A DNA stretch of 64,000 nt from Octopus sinensis (GCF_006345805.1 NC_043001.1:100750001-100814000), one strand, 5' to 3'; counted from the first letter of the stretch, positions 12,393 through 25,815 are shown. Translations and numbers: made by a program. The notes: generated from the letters alone by a model not told the origin.

Positions 12393-14509
12393 CCATTTGT
12401 AAAACTATTAAATATTTTTTTTTATTTTTGTTACCAATTTTAGAATTGATTCTTTGTATTATTAAACAATAATAATAAAAAAAATGAACATTTTTTTAAA
12501 TGAAAAAGACACCAAAGCACTCGAGAGATCTAAGTATGTAATAGTGATATCCAGTATTTTACTGGAGATAGAGTTAAGTAACTGAAACCATAGATTCTAT
12601 TTGCAGACAATAAATCATTTTAGTTGCAAAACAATAAATAATATGAAAACAAAAATTTTGAAATAGTTTCTTGTTGTTAGTCAACCATTGAAATCTGCAT
12701 ATAAAACACCAGAAATAATGCAATATTTACAGAAAAACTCCATATATTAAATATCTTCGTTCTATATATTTAGAAAGGATATTTCTTTTTATTTTTATTT
12801 TATCTTTTAGCAATTCAACATTTGATATTTTTAGTTTTAAATATTTTTTTTCTTAACAATTTATTTTGTTGTCTTTTACATCCTGTTGGAGTTTGAACAT
12901 TAGTATCTTGTCCATTATTGGACATTAGAGATTTGTTCCAGTAATAAAAACCAGCAAGTCACCAGTGACACAACGGTTGCTCATTCTCAATTTAGCATTC
13001 TGCCAGTGTGGATTCACTGATTTATAGTCAGGAAAATTGATGGATCCACTCTAAAATCAAACTTCCAATCACTTCTTATTCAGACTGTAAGTCTGTCTCA
13101 CTTTATCAATACACAGCTGACCTAAGTCTACCAAGGTTATGAATCTATGTTCCTTTACATAATTAATCTAGGAAAGATTTCAAAATTTGCATTTTATCAA
13201 ATGAACTTTTACACATTTCAGCTTGATGGATTAGGCCATTGTAACAGACTCAAAGAATTTTACAGCAAGGTGTATATATGTATATATACACATATGAGAT
13301 ACTCTAAATCCACAGAAAAGTCTCTAGGAGCTAAATTCTAACTAGAATAAAGACACAAATGTGAATGACATAACGTTGTGTCCAAACTAGAGCAAAGGTA
13401 AATTTAATGTGATGTGACTAGACTTGTTGCTATGGTTATTTATTTATTTATTTATTTATTATGCCATAACCAATGGAATTTACTTCTGCAATCATCAAAT
13501 GTCTTTTCAGAATTCAGTGAGTAAATAAAACAAATTATATGTAATTGACCAATATCTAAATGTAATGTCCAGCTATACTCAGTGCCGGCAGTGATGGTGG
13601 TGAGGAGAAATTACGTATAAAATGTTTGTGTTCTTTTAGTATCACTGGTGTTGTGATATTCTTCTTATCTTAATTTATCCAGCTCATTTTGGATATCAAG
13701 ATATGGATGGCTTTATGTTATAAAATCATTTATTCTGATGGAAGTTACTTTAAATATAGCTGAAGTTAATTTCATTTTATCTGTGTTCAATCATTGAGAT
13801 ATGAAAAAACTGCCAGTAATGTAACATCAATGTGAGAAATAATCATAAGATTAATTCAAGAGTAATTAAAAAAGTAGTGAAAGTGATTAAAGTAGGAATA
13901 GCTTCAAGTCCTTGAAGAGTAGTTGCTCACAATATATAGACACTGTCTAATGGCAGGGTATGATTTCAGGGTGGTTAATTGCTATTTCTAGAAGACTTAA
14001 TAACTACACCAAGGCTCCCTCATCAGAACATAGAGGTATTTTCCTCCAAAATGTTTTAAAGAATTCTGTATAACGTCAGTTATACTTAACAATATAGCTG
14101 TAATGAAAATTGAATTAATTCCAACACAGCCTGTATGAATATAGTATCCTAATGAAAAATGGCAAATGTCATAACACTATTTGCCATACTTTTAAAACTG
14201 AAAATGCAGTCAAAAGAGAGCCGAAAATTGTCAGATATATTCTTTGAAGAAACAATACTGCCACAAGGCAAAGAAACTTCGAAATCAAAATAAGAGACTC
14301 TAGACATGATATACGAGATGCATTTCAGAAGTCTCTTATGTTCTTTTAGGAGAGGCACCAATAACTTACCTAGATTATTGTAATTCCAGTTCATGGTTAC
14401 TATACTTCTGAGAAGCTGACCTGTCAACTTATGTCATTCCAGATTGAAGAAGATACCTGCTGTAATGGCACTTGGAACACACCTTGCTAATTACTGCTTA
14501 TCACAAGAG

Positions 14510-15229
14510 ACTTTCAGAATGCAGTTGGGACTTTAGAATTTCACTGTGGCATAACGATTTGTGGTGAACTGAGAAAAAATGCTACAGAAACTTATGTAAT
14601 GCTCCATACTGGTCATGGTTATGGATTAACTTTTCCCATGGCACAAGAGGTTCGAGGATGGTAGAGAGTGAGTGAGAGAGGATGAGAAGTGTGGCGGGAG
14701 GGGAACATCACAACATCAGAGTTGTTTGAGAATATTCTTAATTTCCTGAATGAAGACAGCCGTGACAATAAGCAATAGTTTGAAATTGGTAGGGTAAGTG
14801 TACATCGAATTATTCATGGAGATCAAAACAAATGCCAAGTTTTTTTCCCCAGGATGCTTATCTCTGAGCATCCTGGTAACCATCTCCTTGATTGAGATGG
14901 GCATCAAAACTTTTCTCCAGTCTCCTTACTCTCCAATCTCCTTACTCTCAAATCTCCTTACTCTCCAGACCTTGTGACTTTTGGTTTTTCCCCAAGCTGA
15001 AAGAGAACCTTAGGGGCAGTCATTTTGAAGCTGAAGGCAGCTGTGACAAGGGTACTGGATACCTTCTCTTTGGGGAACTTTTATGGGGTCTTTGCAAAGT
15101 GGCTGGAGTTCTACAACAAGTAGATCGAAGTTAGAGGAGAGACCACTTTGAAGATCAGCGTTTTGTACTTCTTTAAAATTCCTAAATGTCTCTCCTGAAA
15201 AAGTCTGAAACCTTCAGGAATGCACTTTG
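14510..15229 (+). mobile_element. Decayed mariner relic (right end preserved)
   Basis: Remnants RKNATETYVML, WHKRFEDGRE and PYSPD-like/PCDFWFFPKLKENLRG. The right end GGAATGCACTTTG is followed by TA. Confidence 0.8.
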
Positions 15230-16639
15230 TAGATCCATGGCTAGTAGTAAATTTTGTTGTCTCAGATTTCATGAGACCTTTGAAATGGACTTGTCCGTTT
15301 TGATACTGGAACTATAGTTAGTAAAATGCTCTGAGGCAAAGGACACTAGAATAATGCTACAGAAGAGAAAGCCTAGTTGTTTCGTTTGTTAGAGTAAAAT
15401 AGAACTTAGAGCTGAATGTCCCGTAGAAGTTGGAAGGTTGAGCAAAAAGCCAAGAAAAAACTGGGAAAAAACGAGGAATACAAGCATAATGAAAATCAAC
15501 AACAATAATAAAAAAAACTACAAGACCCAATTTTCAAATTACCTTTAACCAAAACTCTTGGGATGGCAACGAAAGATCTTTAGGCCCAGTATCACAAATA
15601 AAGGAATGAATACTTCGTCCCATAGCTGTATCAATTTGTAATCACAGAGAAAAACACGAAAGAAAGCATGAAAATATCATCAAACATGATTCAACACAAA
15701 ACAACGAAAACATGTAAGAGGAAACAATTTCTTGTAAACGACAACAAAATCCCTCCTCAAATAAACAACGAGGAAAATGCAGAGGATGCAGCTGAGGTGA
15801 GATTCATTGTTGTTCGAAATGCAAACAAAGAGAAAACAGACAAAATTACGAATCTGTGATGCCAAGTGTCGACAGGTTCAAAATATAAACCACTTGCAAA
15901 AAGAGACTACCAGTCTAATTAGAATTAATACATTATATCGAACTTTAAAAACGAATTGCCTGAAGATGTTGGTGTTTTTCAACATCAAAGGTCTTAAAAA
16001 CATGCTCACTTGTGCATTCGATTACACTTGAATGCAATTTGGGAAATGGTGAAGCGAATAGAGTCGTGAAGTATCCAGATCAACCAAGCCAGAAAAAGAC
16101 TTTCATGTCTTGTCTCTTAAAATTGTCTTGGTTAAATTATTGGATATTTCACTTTATTTATTTTCGTGCAAATATGTGTACATGTATACATATGTGTATA
16201 AGTATGCATACGTGCATGCACGTGTGTATATGTATGCATGTGTATATAAATGTATGTACATGTGTGTGCGTATGCACCTTTAAAATTCTTAATATATCCT
16301 TCTGTATAATGAATGGAGTTTCTTACTTCCTAATTTGTCAAAATTTTGTTTTGTTTTGTTTTGTTTTGCACCCTCCACGTTAATCCCTCTTTTTTTTGTA
16401 ATCCCTTAATTCAGATTTTTATAATCATTTCAAACACTTGTGGCTAAATAAGAAAAAGTCGTCACCATCATCGTAGTCGTCGTCATCATCATCGTTGTAA
16501 CCAACATTATCCAGCAATAATGTCTACTCACAATTCCTGTTACAGTTGAAGATAGACGGAAGCAGAGAGTATGGAACAATCTGTTTCCAGGTGTCACTTT
16601 CAAATCTCTTCTTGATCAATTTGATCAATTTTCAAGGTG

Positions 16640-17318
16640 TCGCCTGCTTCCAGCTTGTGCAAAATTCACAGAGGACTGGATTGATGTCCTGCCTGTGGCC
16701 AGCATTGGGAGGTCTACTCTGTCCAGGTGAGCTCCGCATCTCCATCACACTCAGAGTGGGAGCTAACGTCTGTAAGGGCTGAGATGTCACTGTGGTAGGC
16801 CCATTGACCCCACAGGTCTTCACAGTCTGTCTAGCTGCCTAAATGCTGGTTGTTTCACTCGTCACACAGAGCTAGACCTAATCATTAAGCGGACCCAGTC
16901 TAGGTTTAATATCCCCTCAGTTCTGGAGCCAACGAGATTATCCAAAACTGATGGAAAGAGACCAGATGATCTCTGTCCCTAGTTTAGAGGTTGGTGCTTC
17001 ATCTGGGATGTCACAGTCTGTGACTCTTCTGTTCCCTCTCACATCCTAGATGCTGCCGTAAATGGGAGGGTCAGTGCTTCCATAGCCGAACGGAACAAAA
17101 CTCTGAAGTATTGGGACCTGACAGCGAACTATTTGATATTTGAGACGTTTGAAGAGACTGGGCCACTAACCACGAAGTTCTCGTCATCGTTGGCAGCTCG
17201 CCTCCCCAAGTTGTCAGGAGATGCCTGTGATGGCGCTTGGGTCTTCCAATGCCTTAGCCTTACCATCGACTGTTGTAAGGCTGCGAGCATACTGGCTCGC
17301 TTCATTAGGTTCCGTTGA
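16640..17318 (+). mobile_element. Non-LTR retrotransposon 3' fragment with restriction-like endonuclease (CRE/NeSL-like)
   Basis: Remnants ELRISITLRVGANVC, H.LS.C, RHTELDLIIKR, SVLEPTRLSKTDGKRPD, IWDVTVCDS, AERNKTLKY, FET...GP and WVFQCLSLTIDCCKAASIL. These fit the CCHC plus PD-(D/E)xK REL C-terminus. Confidence 0.78.
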
Positions 17319-17723
17319 ACCTTGCAGTGTGCGACCAATTGAAACACTCAGTGCTGCATTGATGTTTTTTCTCTTTCTTCTCCTTTTCTCTTTTTCTCCC
17401 CTTCTTTAGTTTTCTCCTTTTTTTTCTTTGACTTTCTTTTGTAAAAACTTATATTATGAAAGAATCGTGTTCAGAGTAATATTAGTCACCAATCGGAACT
17501 GTTCAATATTAATGCTCAATTCACCAACGTCGTCTACTCTCGTCTCTTTTCTATACATTGACTGTAGAGTCACAACTACAGACAAGAAATACTTAAAAAA
17601 AACTTAACCAGCAACGTTTTGTTGTCATATTTTCTTTCTTTTAATTACGATTTGTTTTAATAATTATGTTATCATACTTCCTTTACTTTTGTACATTTGT
17701 TGGTGCTCTATCATTTTGATTCT

Positions 17724-17830
17724 TACACACACACACACGCACACACACACACACACCACACACACACACACACACACACTCACTCACTCACTCTCTCTCT
17801 CCCCCCTCTCTCTCTCACACATACACACAT
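17724..17830. repeat. (CA)n/(CT)n microsatellite
   Basis: Seen directly. Confidence 0.9.
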
Positions 17831-18139
17831 GCATTATGAGCATATTTTATAGAATGCTTTGTTTGGTGCACTACAACACGTCTGAAAATGTGTATACCTG
17901 TGTGTACCTGTGTATACCTGTGTGTTCTTGTGTGCGGATTTTTTCTTTTTGATGATGTAAAACGTCTTTTGTTTCTGTCCTCGTGTTTGTAAAACTTATT
18001 CTTTCCCATTCTTGTAAATCTCCTGTTTTCTGTCGATGGAATCACTTTGTAAACTCCAACAGCATTTCTTTGCTGTCAAAGCTAATCAAAGAGGGGAAGA
18101 GAAAAATTATTTCCACTTACAAAAATGGGAGACGATAAT

Positions 18140-18640
18140 AAATTTTCCCATTGCTTCACATAGTACAAAGCCTCCAGGATCTTTGGAGTCACGCTTGAGC
18201 ACCACTTTTATTGAGAGAAATTATATCAACTGAAAAAGGAAAATGTTATGACTTTACTGTACCTTTAAAACTGAAGACAACCAAAGCACAGACCGAGATT
18301 GTCAGACAAACTTCTGACCAAACATTTGTGACCCCGTACATGGGCCAAAAGAACATAAAAATTACAATAACAGACGCTGGATACAACAGGGATCCATGCC
18401 TCTGAGTGCCTTTTGTGTTGCTGTATTGGAAAATGGTCAAAACAGGCTTAATAAAAGTGATATACAGTCAGAGGTGTCAATAGACTTCCAAGTTCTAATG
18501 GTCCTCGTTGGCCACAGAGCCACATCAGAACTGTGTCAAATAGAACATACAGAGACAAGAAGTATGAGATTGACGATTATGTAGGATAGAAAGCCTAGTT
18601 GTTAAAGTTGTTGAAGCAAGTCACACGTTGCATGACCAAA
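18140..18640 (+). mobile_element. Possible LINE ORF1 (zinc-knuckle) remnant
   Basis: Broken frames end in LTIM*DRKPSC*SC*SKSHVA, resembling the GRKPxCxxCxxxGH of L1/Tx1 ORF1. Heavily degraded. Confidence 0.3.
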
Positions 18641-18784
18641 AGAACTGGGAAGGTTATGCAAAACATGGGAAATGAAAATAAGGATAAGTAACGGCTAAAA
18701 GAACAACAAAGCACAGCACCAAGAATACTACCAGCCAAAAGTCTGAGAGCAGCAAAAGAAACATCGTTTTCACACACACGTATA

Positions 18785-18935
18785 TGATGGGTTTATTTCC
18801 ATTTCTGTCGACCAAATTCACTGACAAGCCTTTGGTTGGCCCCAGGCTATAGTAGAAGTCACTTGCCCAAGGTGCCATACAGTGGTACTGAACCCTTAAC
18901 CATGTGGTTAGGAAGCAAACTTCTTACCTCACAAC
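18785..18935 (-). mobile_element. SINE family B (5' half)
   Basis: Reverse complement of the family B head (…GGTTCAGTACCACTGTATGGCACCTTGGGCAAGTG…). Confidence 0.85.
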
Positions 18936-19007
18936 CTTTCATCATGAATAGTCTTGAACTGATTTTAGAAATTCTATCCAAAACTTTATAATGCTTCTTT
19001 ATATTAA

Positions 19008-19218
19008 GGTGGCAAGCTGGCAGAAATGTTTGCACACCGGGTGAAATGCTTAGCAGTATATCGTCTGTCTTTATTCTCTGAATTCAAATTCTGTTGAGGT
19101 TGACTTTGCCTTTTATCCTTTTGGGGTCGATAAATTAAGTACCAGTTGTGTACTGGAGTCAATCTAATCGACTGGCCCCCTCAAAAATTTAAGCCTTGTG
19201 CCTTGAGTAGAAAGGAAT
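19008..19218 (+). mobile_element. SINE family A
   Basis: Homologous to 741-971. Confidence 0.88.
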
Positions 19219-20272
19219 ATTTATTTATTTTACTCTCTTCTCCAAGTTTAAATAACACCATTGGTATTGGTTGTCAAGGTAGCAGTCAATAAATTAGTAC
19301 CAGTCATTTACTTGGGGCCATTTAATGGAGTCTGCCTCCCTTCTCTGCTAATTTGTGAAATGTAAGAAATTAATAATATTAATTGTGAGATTAAGTTGCT
19401 CTTAACTGAGAATATCATAAGATTTACAATCGAAAGGCAATTAGTATATATTATCATAGAATTTGATGGAAGTTTCCGACTAAATGAAGCAGAAGTGACA
19501 ACAGTATCACTAACAACAACAATAAATAACAATAAAAATAAATGGAATTACAACAATAATAACAACAAATATGATGACACAAAAACAAAATGAAAACAAG
19601 GAAATATAACCAGAAGGAAAAACAAAATGAAATTGTGATATTAAGGAGGAGGAGGAGGAGGAGGGGGAGGAAGAGGAGAAGAGGAAAAGAGAATCTTGGG
19701 AAATGATGGGGAAGAAATGGTATTGACTTTCTTTACTTAAAATCTCCCACCTAATGTCAAAGTACTAATGATAATAAATCACCACCTTTGTTTGTTTGTT
19801 TGTTTTCTTTTTCAAATACTTTCTCACTTTGCTTTCCTTCATTATTTTTTTTCCTGATCTTTTTTGTTTTTTTTCTTTGTTATTTTAATTTATTTTGTTT
19901 TTATCTTTTTTTCTTTCCCTGAAAGAAAATGAGCAAGTTGACCAGTGCAGCAGCTTCAGTTTGTGGCAAGATGTTGTTTAATTAATACTTCACAGTCGAT
20001 TTGGTGAAATAATTTATAGCTTTGAAAAGCATTAAGAAGGCAACAACAACTACAATAACAATATTGGTAATAATAACAACAAGAATAATAATAATAAGGA
20101 TGATGATGGTGATAAAAACAACAACAACAACAACAAAATAATAATTATAATAGAATCTAAATTTTAAAAGTAAAGTCTGTATTGTTAGCTTCAAGATTTA
20201 TTTCAGGGCCTAATTAAATGGCGAGAGAAGAAGGTGTGAAAAAGAAACTGTTGTTATTGCTGTCGTTCTGAA

Positions 20273-20318
20273 ATAATAATAATAACAATAATAATAATTA
20301 TTATTATTGTTATTGCTA

Positions 20319-20349
<31 letters not shown>

Positions 20350-20402
20350 CATTATTATTATTATTATTATTATTGTTATTATTGTTATTATTATTGTTAT
20401 TA

Positions 20403-20470
<68 letters not shown>

Positions 20471-20480
20471 ATTACCATTA
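20273..20480. repeat. (AAT)n/(ATT)n/(GTT)n microsatellite
   Basis: Seen directly; source of the poly-L and poly-I ORFs. Confidence 0.95.
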
Positions 20481-20987
20481 TTTCAAATAGAAGTTGTTAA
20501 AATGGCAGTTTTAGAGCTCATACAGGAATATAATAGATTAGGTGATGAGAATGACAGAAGAAAGTGACCAAGATGGAAAGTAAAACACCATTTGATTAGT
20601 CTTTTAATGGAATGTCTGACTAAACCTAATCATCACCAAGTTTTTTTTTTATTTTTTGTTTGTTTTTTTTTCTGTCCCACCCCATCCCAGCCCTAAGTTT
20701 TCAGATTTGAATGTGTGCATGCTAAGGATTTTTTTTTTCTGGGTGCAATTATTTCCTTCCCACACTAACGATTGCACATCTCTCCAAGTGACAGAAAGTT
20801 ATATTATTCCTGGATTGCTTTCCTTGCAATAATTATAATAACTTTGGTTCTTTAAAAATAGTTTCGCATCGTAATTTTGGAATCTCTGATGTTTAATTAG
20901 AATTCTTGTAAATGTTACTGTGAGAAAAGTTTTCTGTGGCAGGGATTCTCTGCCCATTATATGCAACTCCTAATCAAAGATGAGACT

Positions 20988-21424
20988 TGCTTGTCAGTTG
21001 TTTGACCTTAACCAGCTGAGCATGTCCCTTGGTGGCTGACGATATGTGCATCTCTGATCACAAGCAGGAGTAGTGGGGGAGCATCATAGCCATGTGTTGA
21101 GAGGAATTCTTTGGCATTTGAGTAATTCACCTCTGAAAACATGGATGTTTTGTTCAACATCCTTAAACAATCCTTATTCAGGGACCTTTTGAGTGGGATG
21201 GGCTACTCAACCTGAAGAAAATTCTAATTGAGCCCCACCTGCAAGGTCATGCACTGTTTATCTTGATATGAGATCACCATGTCATACACCTATAGTTGTG
21301 ATGCATGTGCCTGGTGTACCCTTATCAGACGGGTAGTCATAATGGGTACACTAGGCTTTGTATATTTTACCTCAGTGTCACTTTGATGGAATGCATTGCT
21401 CTCTCACTCCGTAATAATAATAAT
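20988..21424 (+). mobile_element. Probable LINE 3'UTR ending in (TAA)n (possibly R4/Dong-type)
   Basis: GC-richer non-coding block with a GTGTACCC...GGGTACAC hairpin, ending abruptly in CTCTCTCACTCC+(TAA)n. The family assignment is inference. Confidence 0.5.
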
Positions 21425-21441
21425 AGTAGTAGTAGTAGTAA

Positions 21442-21509
<68 letters not shown>
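21425..21509. repeat. (AGT)n microsatellite
   Basis: Seen directly. Confidence 0.95.
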
Positions 21510-21589
21510 ATGCCACCTGCACTGGAGTCAGTCCAGCAGCACTGGCAATGGCAAGGCCTGCAATTTCTGTCTGGTACATATTTTCGACT

Positions 21590-21727
21590 GCTACTTATTT
21601 TATTTAAACCTAAAGGATGAAAATCAAACTCAACATTGCTGGAATTTGAACTCAAAACATAAAGATAGACAAAATGCCGTTAAGCATTTTGCCCAGTAGG
21701 CTAACGATTCTGCCCGCTTGCTGCCTT
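21590..21727 (-). mobile_element. SINE family A (5' part)
   Basis: Reverse complement of the family A head with GAGTTCAAATTCC. Confidence 0.78.
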
Positions 21728-22430
21728 GATGATGATGATGATGATGACGACGATGACTGCAATGATGATAACAATGATGTAAATGAAGATGATGACAATG
21801 TTCACAAGGAGAAGGAGGAGACAGAAAACAGTCTTGTTGAAATTTAAGGAGACAGATATTGGAAATACTCTTCCATTTTTATTTTCAAACTTTCACAAAA
21901 TTAGTTTAATATCTGGAAACCTAGTTCTGAAACTTGCTGATGTTTTTATTATGAAAGGTTTAGATACATTGTAAACATAAATATAAAGTCTTTAGATAAA
22001 GTCTTTGTTATCAAAGAGACAATATTTCCTGGCAAATATTCATTATTTGGCCCCACATATGTCATTTCCCATTGTAAACATTTAAAATCTTCAGTTATTT
22101 TGGTGAAAAAATTTCATAGTAAAGAAAAAAGAGAACACACAGCAAAGTTGCTTATTTTGAAAGTATTTTGACAATACCATAAAACATTCATGCAAATACA
22201 ATAATTTCTCTGACTACTAATGTCACTTTAAAAGATGCAACATCTTATATACATATAATATTAAAATATACAAACATATATGTGTAGGCTCAGACATCTG
22301 ATATTTGGTTCTATAAGAATTTAGAGATCTTTCTCTTACACCAATACCAACTTTGGCATACAGCCTTTATGAGATTCATTAAAAAAAAGTTGAAGACATT
22401 TCAATTCAAGTGCTGTCAAAATAAATGATT

Positions 22431-22585
22431 AGGCACAGACATGGCTGTGCGGTGAGAAGTTTGCTTTTAAACCACATGGTTCTGGGTTCAGTTCCACTGC
22501 ATGGAACATTGAGTAGGTGTCTTTTAGTATAGCCTCAAACCAACAAAAACCTTTTGAGTGGATTTGGTAGATGGAAACTAGCCTT
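22431..22585 (+). mobile_element. SINE family B (5' half)
   Basis: ATGGCTGTGCGGTGAGAAG...GGTTCAGTTCCAC...GAGTGGATTTGGTAGATGGAAACT. Confidence 0.82.
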
Positions 22586-22590
22586 TCACA

Positions 22591-22790
22591 CATCATCATC
22601 ATCATCATCATCACCATCAATGTCCATTTTCCATGGCATCCTGGCATGGGTTGGATGGTTTGACAGGAACAGGCCAGCCAGAGAGCTGCCCAGGCTCCAA
22701 TTGTCTGTTGTGGCCTGGTTCCTGTGGCTGGATATCCTTCCTAATGCCAACCACTTCACAGACTGTACTGGGTGCTTTTAACGTGGTACC
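22591..22790 (-). mobile_element. RTE 3' tail fragment
   Basis: (CAT)n, GCATGGGTTGGA and CCTTCCTAATGCCAACCAC. Confidence 0.8.
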
Positions 22791-22906
22791 AGTAATTATG
22801 AGCCTGCAAAGTAAGGGATGCTCAGATGGAGAGGCTTGCAGGGAATAAGCCTGTAGGCAAGGCCAACCACGTTCTACTTAAATTTTACTTCACACACACG
22901 TATATA

Positions 22907-25510
22907 TCTTATATAAAATAGACCTGTGCATGTGTTCACTTTTCATGCAAAAACGGCTGCATGAATTGCTTCCATACTTGGGATGCATGAATAATTTGAC
23001 CACAGATACATAACGGGATATTCAGTTTATTTATTTATTTTTATAAAAAATAAATAAGGTTGTTTTATATATGTGTGATTCACTTCTTAAGGTTTCTCAA
23101 TGTCAACTTCCGGTATTGACATAGCAACGGCGAAATTTTCTGTTTTCATTTGCAAACCTCTCACACGCTATTTTAATGCTTTCATTTAATTTGCTATTTG
23201 CAAACAACTATGATAAATTATTGAAAGAAATATTTACTAAGTTCACAAGTTTAAATATTCTGTACAAGATAGTTTTTAATGAGCTTTTATTTATACAATT
23301 TTTTTCATTTCATGTTTATTTCATTCCTTCTTTGCAATGTTCTTTCTCCCATGCACACGTGTGTTTTTGTATGTACGTTTGTATATGTTTATGTATGTAT
23401 GTATGTATGTATGTATGTATGTATGTATGTATGTATGTATGTATGTATGTATGCATGCATGTATGTATGTATGTATATATGTATGTGTGTTTGTATGTAT
23501 GTATGTATGTATGTATGTAAGTATGTATGCATGAATGTATGTTTGTATGTATGTACGTATGTATGTATGTATGTACGTACGTATGTATGTATGTATGTAC
23601 GTATGTATGTATGTATGCATGCATGCATGCATGCATGTATGTATGTATGTATATATGTATGTATGTATGTATGTATGCATGCATGTATGCATGTATGTGT
23701 GTTTGTATGTATGTATGTATGTATGCATGTATGTATGTGTGTGTGTTTGTATGTATGTGTGAATGTATGTATGTATGTATGTATGTATGTGTGTATGTAT
23801 GTATGTATGTATGTATGCATGCATGTATGTATGTATGTATGTATGTATGCATGTATGTATGTATGTATGTATGCATGCATGCATGTATGTATGTATGTAT
23901 GTATGTATGTATGTATGTTTGTATGTATGTATGTATGTATGTATGTATGTACGTATGTATTTGTGTGTGTTTGTGTGTGTGTGCATGCATGAAGCATTCC
24001 ACAATTGTCATTTATTTCTTTCACTCTTTTGAAGATATTCATTTTTCCATTTAATCCCCATTTTAATTTTCAAAAATGTTTCCAGGAGCAATGTTCCCAC
24101 TCTCTACAAGTGGAGACGAGGTAGATGTAGATGACCAGTATTCTACAGTGATGCAAAGACGAGCACAGGTGGCCAGAATCAATGTTGAATTCTGCCATTC
24201 TGTTAACTCTACCAAGAATGTTTGCAAATATAAGAAACAAAGGTTTTGATGCTGCAACAAACACTCTTGTGCAGAATGGCAGTCAGCAGAGAAATAACAA
24301 TGATGAGGATGCACAGTGTAACAGAGGAAGATAGATTAGTAGGAATGAGGCTTTTTGGCTCATCTTCAATTTTCTCATTCATGAGAGGCAACCAGACATC
24401 ATTCATCTGAGTGTCCATCTAGAGAATGGCCACAAGGTCATCTTTACACAACAAAGAGCTTTGCAACAAGTGATTTCTCCAAAAGAAACTGCCCTTACTG
24501 CCTGTCTTAAGTTGTAGCAAAGTAGATGAAGATGCAAGAAAACTCCTATATCCACAATTATCCAAGTATTACACCTAGAGAAACAATAAATGGCACAAGA
24601 TGAAACATGAGGCTGATGCTCTTGCAAGAGTTTACAGTGTCCACCCAAGCCAAGCAGAATGCTACTACTTACGCTTCCTTTGGCATGAAGTACATGGTCC
24701 CAAATCATTCCAGGGAAAATGTGCGTGAAACTTATCGGGAAGCATGCTATCAACAAGTTTTTTTTAGAAAATGATGAGCATTGGGACTTAGCATTGACTC
24801 TGTAACCTTTAGCAATTATACTGAAGATGTGTCAACTTGGCAGTCCCCTACAGCTTCGGATGATACATCGTGAGGACATGGCTGAGGACTTGAAGTATGC
24901 AACTCAACAGGCAAACCCAGATGTCAATATTCAGTTCTCTGAAACAATTTTTAATCAAACACTGATTGAAATTGAAGATCAAGTTTAGGCCTTGGAAGGC
25001 TAAACTTTGCAAGAGTCTGGCTCTGGACTACCAAAAACAAACAGCCAAATTAGTGGTTTAACTTCAAGAGTCATAACAAGAGAGACAAAGAGTGGCATCG
25101 CAGAGCTGGCTGTATTTGTGAATGAAGAATAAACCTAAACTTCTTCCAGAACAGTGCTGTGCATGTGACAAAATTATTTCATTAGAAAAAAAAGCAGAGG
25201 AATTTTCTTTCTTGATGCTCCTGGTGGTACAGGTAAAACACTTGTAACAACGTTGCTTCTCTCCAAGGTAAGGCAACAAAAAAGAATTGCAGTTGCTGTA
25301 GCATCGTCTGGTTTTGCTGCCACCATTCTCCCAGGAGGACAAACTACTCATTCTGCTTTTAAATTACTGCTAAACCTGGTCACAAATGACAGTCCAATTT
25401 GTAACACAATCAATGATTCAGGTTTAGCAGAAGTGTTGTGCCAGTGCCGTTTGATCATTTGGGATGAATGCACCATGTCACATGGATGTGCAATGGAAGC
25501 TCTTGGTAAG
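22907..25510 (+). mobile_element. Helitron relic: putative A|TC 5' end and Rep/PIF1-helicase remnants (24330-25510)
   Basis: Remnants EAFWLIFNFLIHERQPDIIHLSVHLENG, ARVYSVHPSQAECYYLR, TYREAC, FFLDAPGGTGKT (Walker A), AVAVASSGFAATILPGGQTTHSAFKL and LIIWDECTMSH, with many stops. Linking the 5' end at 22907 to this copy is inference. Confidence 0.8.
23389..23990. repeat. ~600-bp (TATG)n microsatellite
   Basis: Seen directly; source of the MYVC and HTYI ORFs. Confidence 0.97.
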
Positions 25511-25645
25511 ATGTATCTTAATTTCCCAGCACCACATCGCTCCAGCTGGCAACTAACGGCAGTTATATGAGTGCATCTTCTCCCTGACTTAAAATCTCTT
25601 AGACGACTCAAGTAATACACACACACACACACACACATATATATA

Positions 25646-25760
25646 CTAGCAAAGGCACCCATCATTGCCTGGGAATGAAATTGTTCCTTATGTATTAGAA
25701 GAAAACAAACAATTTATATTGTATAGAAATTTGTTAGTCTAAATTCAATTTATTCTTCAA
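25646..25760 (-). mobile_element. Helitron 3' terminus (second element, opposite orientation)
   Basis: The minus strand reads CCCAGGCAATGATGGGTGCCTTTG-CTAG|T, i.e. a subterminal hairpin relic, CTAG, then T. Confidence 0.6.
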
Positions 25761-25815
25761 TTGGGATACTATTTATTCTTTAATTGGGAAATCAATTCTG
25801 AATTCATAATACAAA

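Noticed and set aside
13975-14030. Minus-strand CTGATGA...AGAAA hammerhead-like motif
   Set aside because: There is no stem III, NUH triplet or stem I. The sequence resembles the dispersed repeat at ~59795-59850 (…CTGCTAGAAATAG…).
23176-24054. Long ORFs (up to 237 aa) of MYVC/HTYI repeats, and similar ORFs at 12.0, 20.3, 21.4, 29.9, 45.8 and 52.1 kb
   Set aside because: They are read-throughs of (TATG)n, (TA)n and triplet microsatellites that lack stop codons; there is no coding evidence.
25253-25570. Host PIF1 helicase gene
   Set aside because: It is preceded by Helitron Rep-linked motifs and is full of stops and frameshifts, so it is a Helitron relic.
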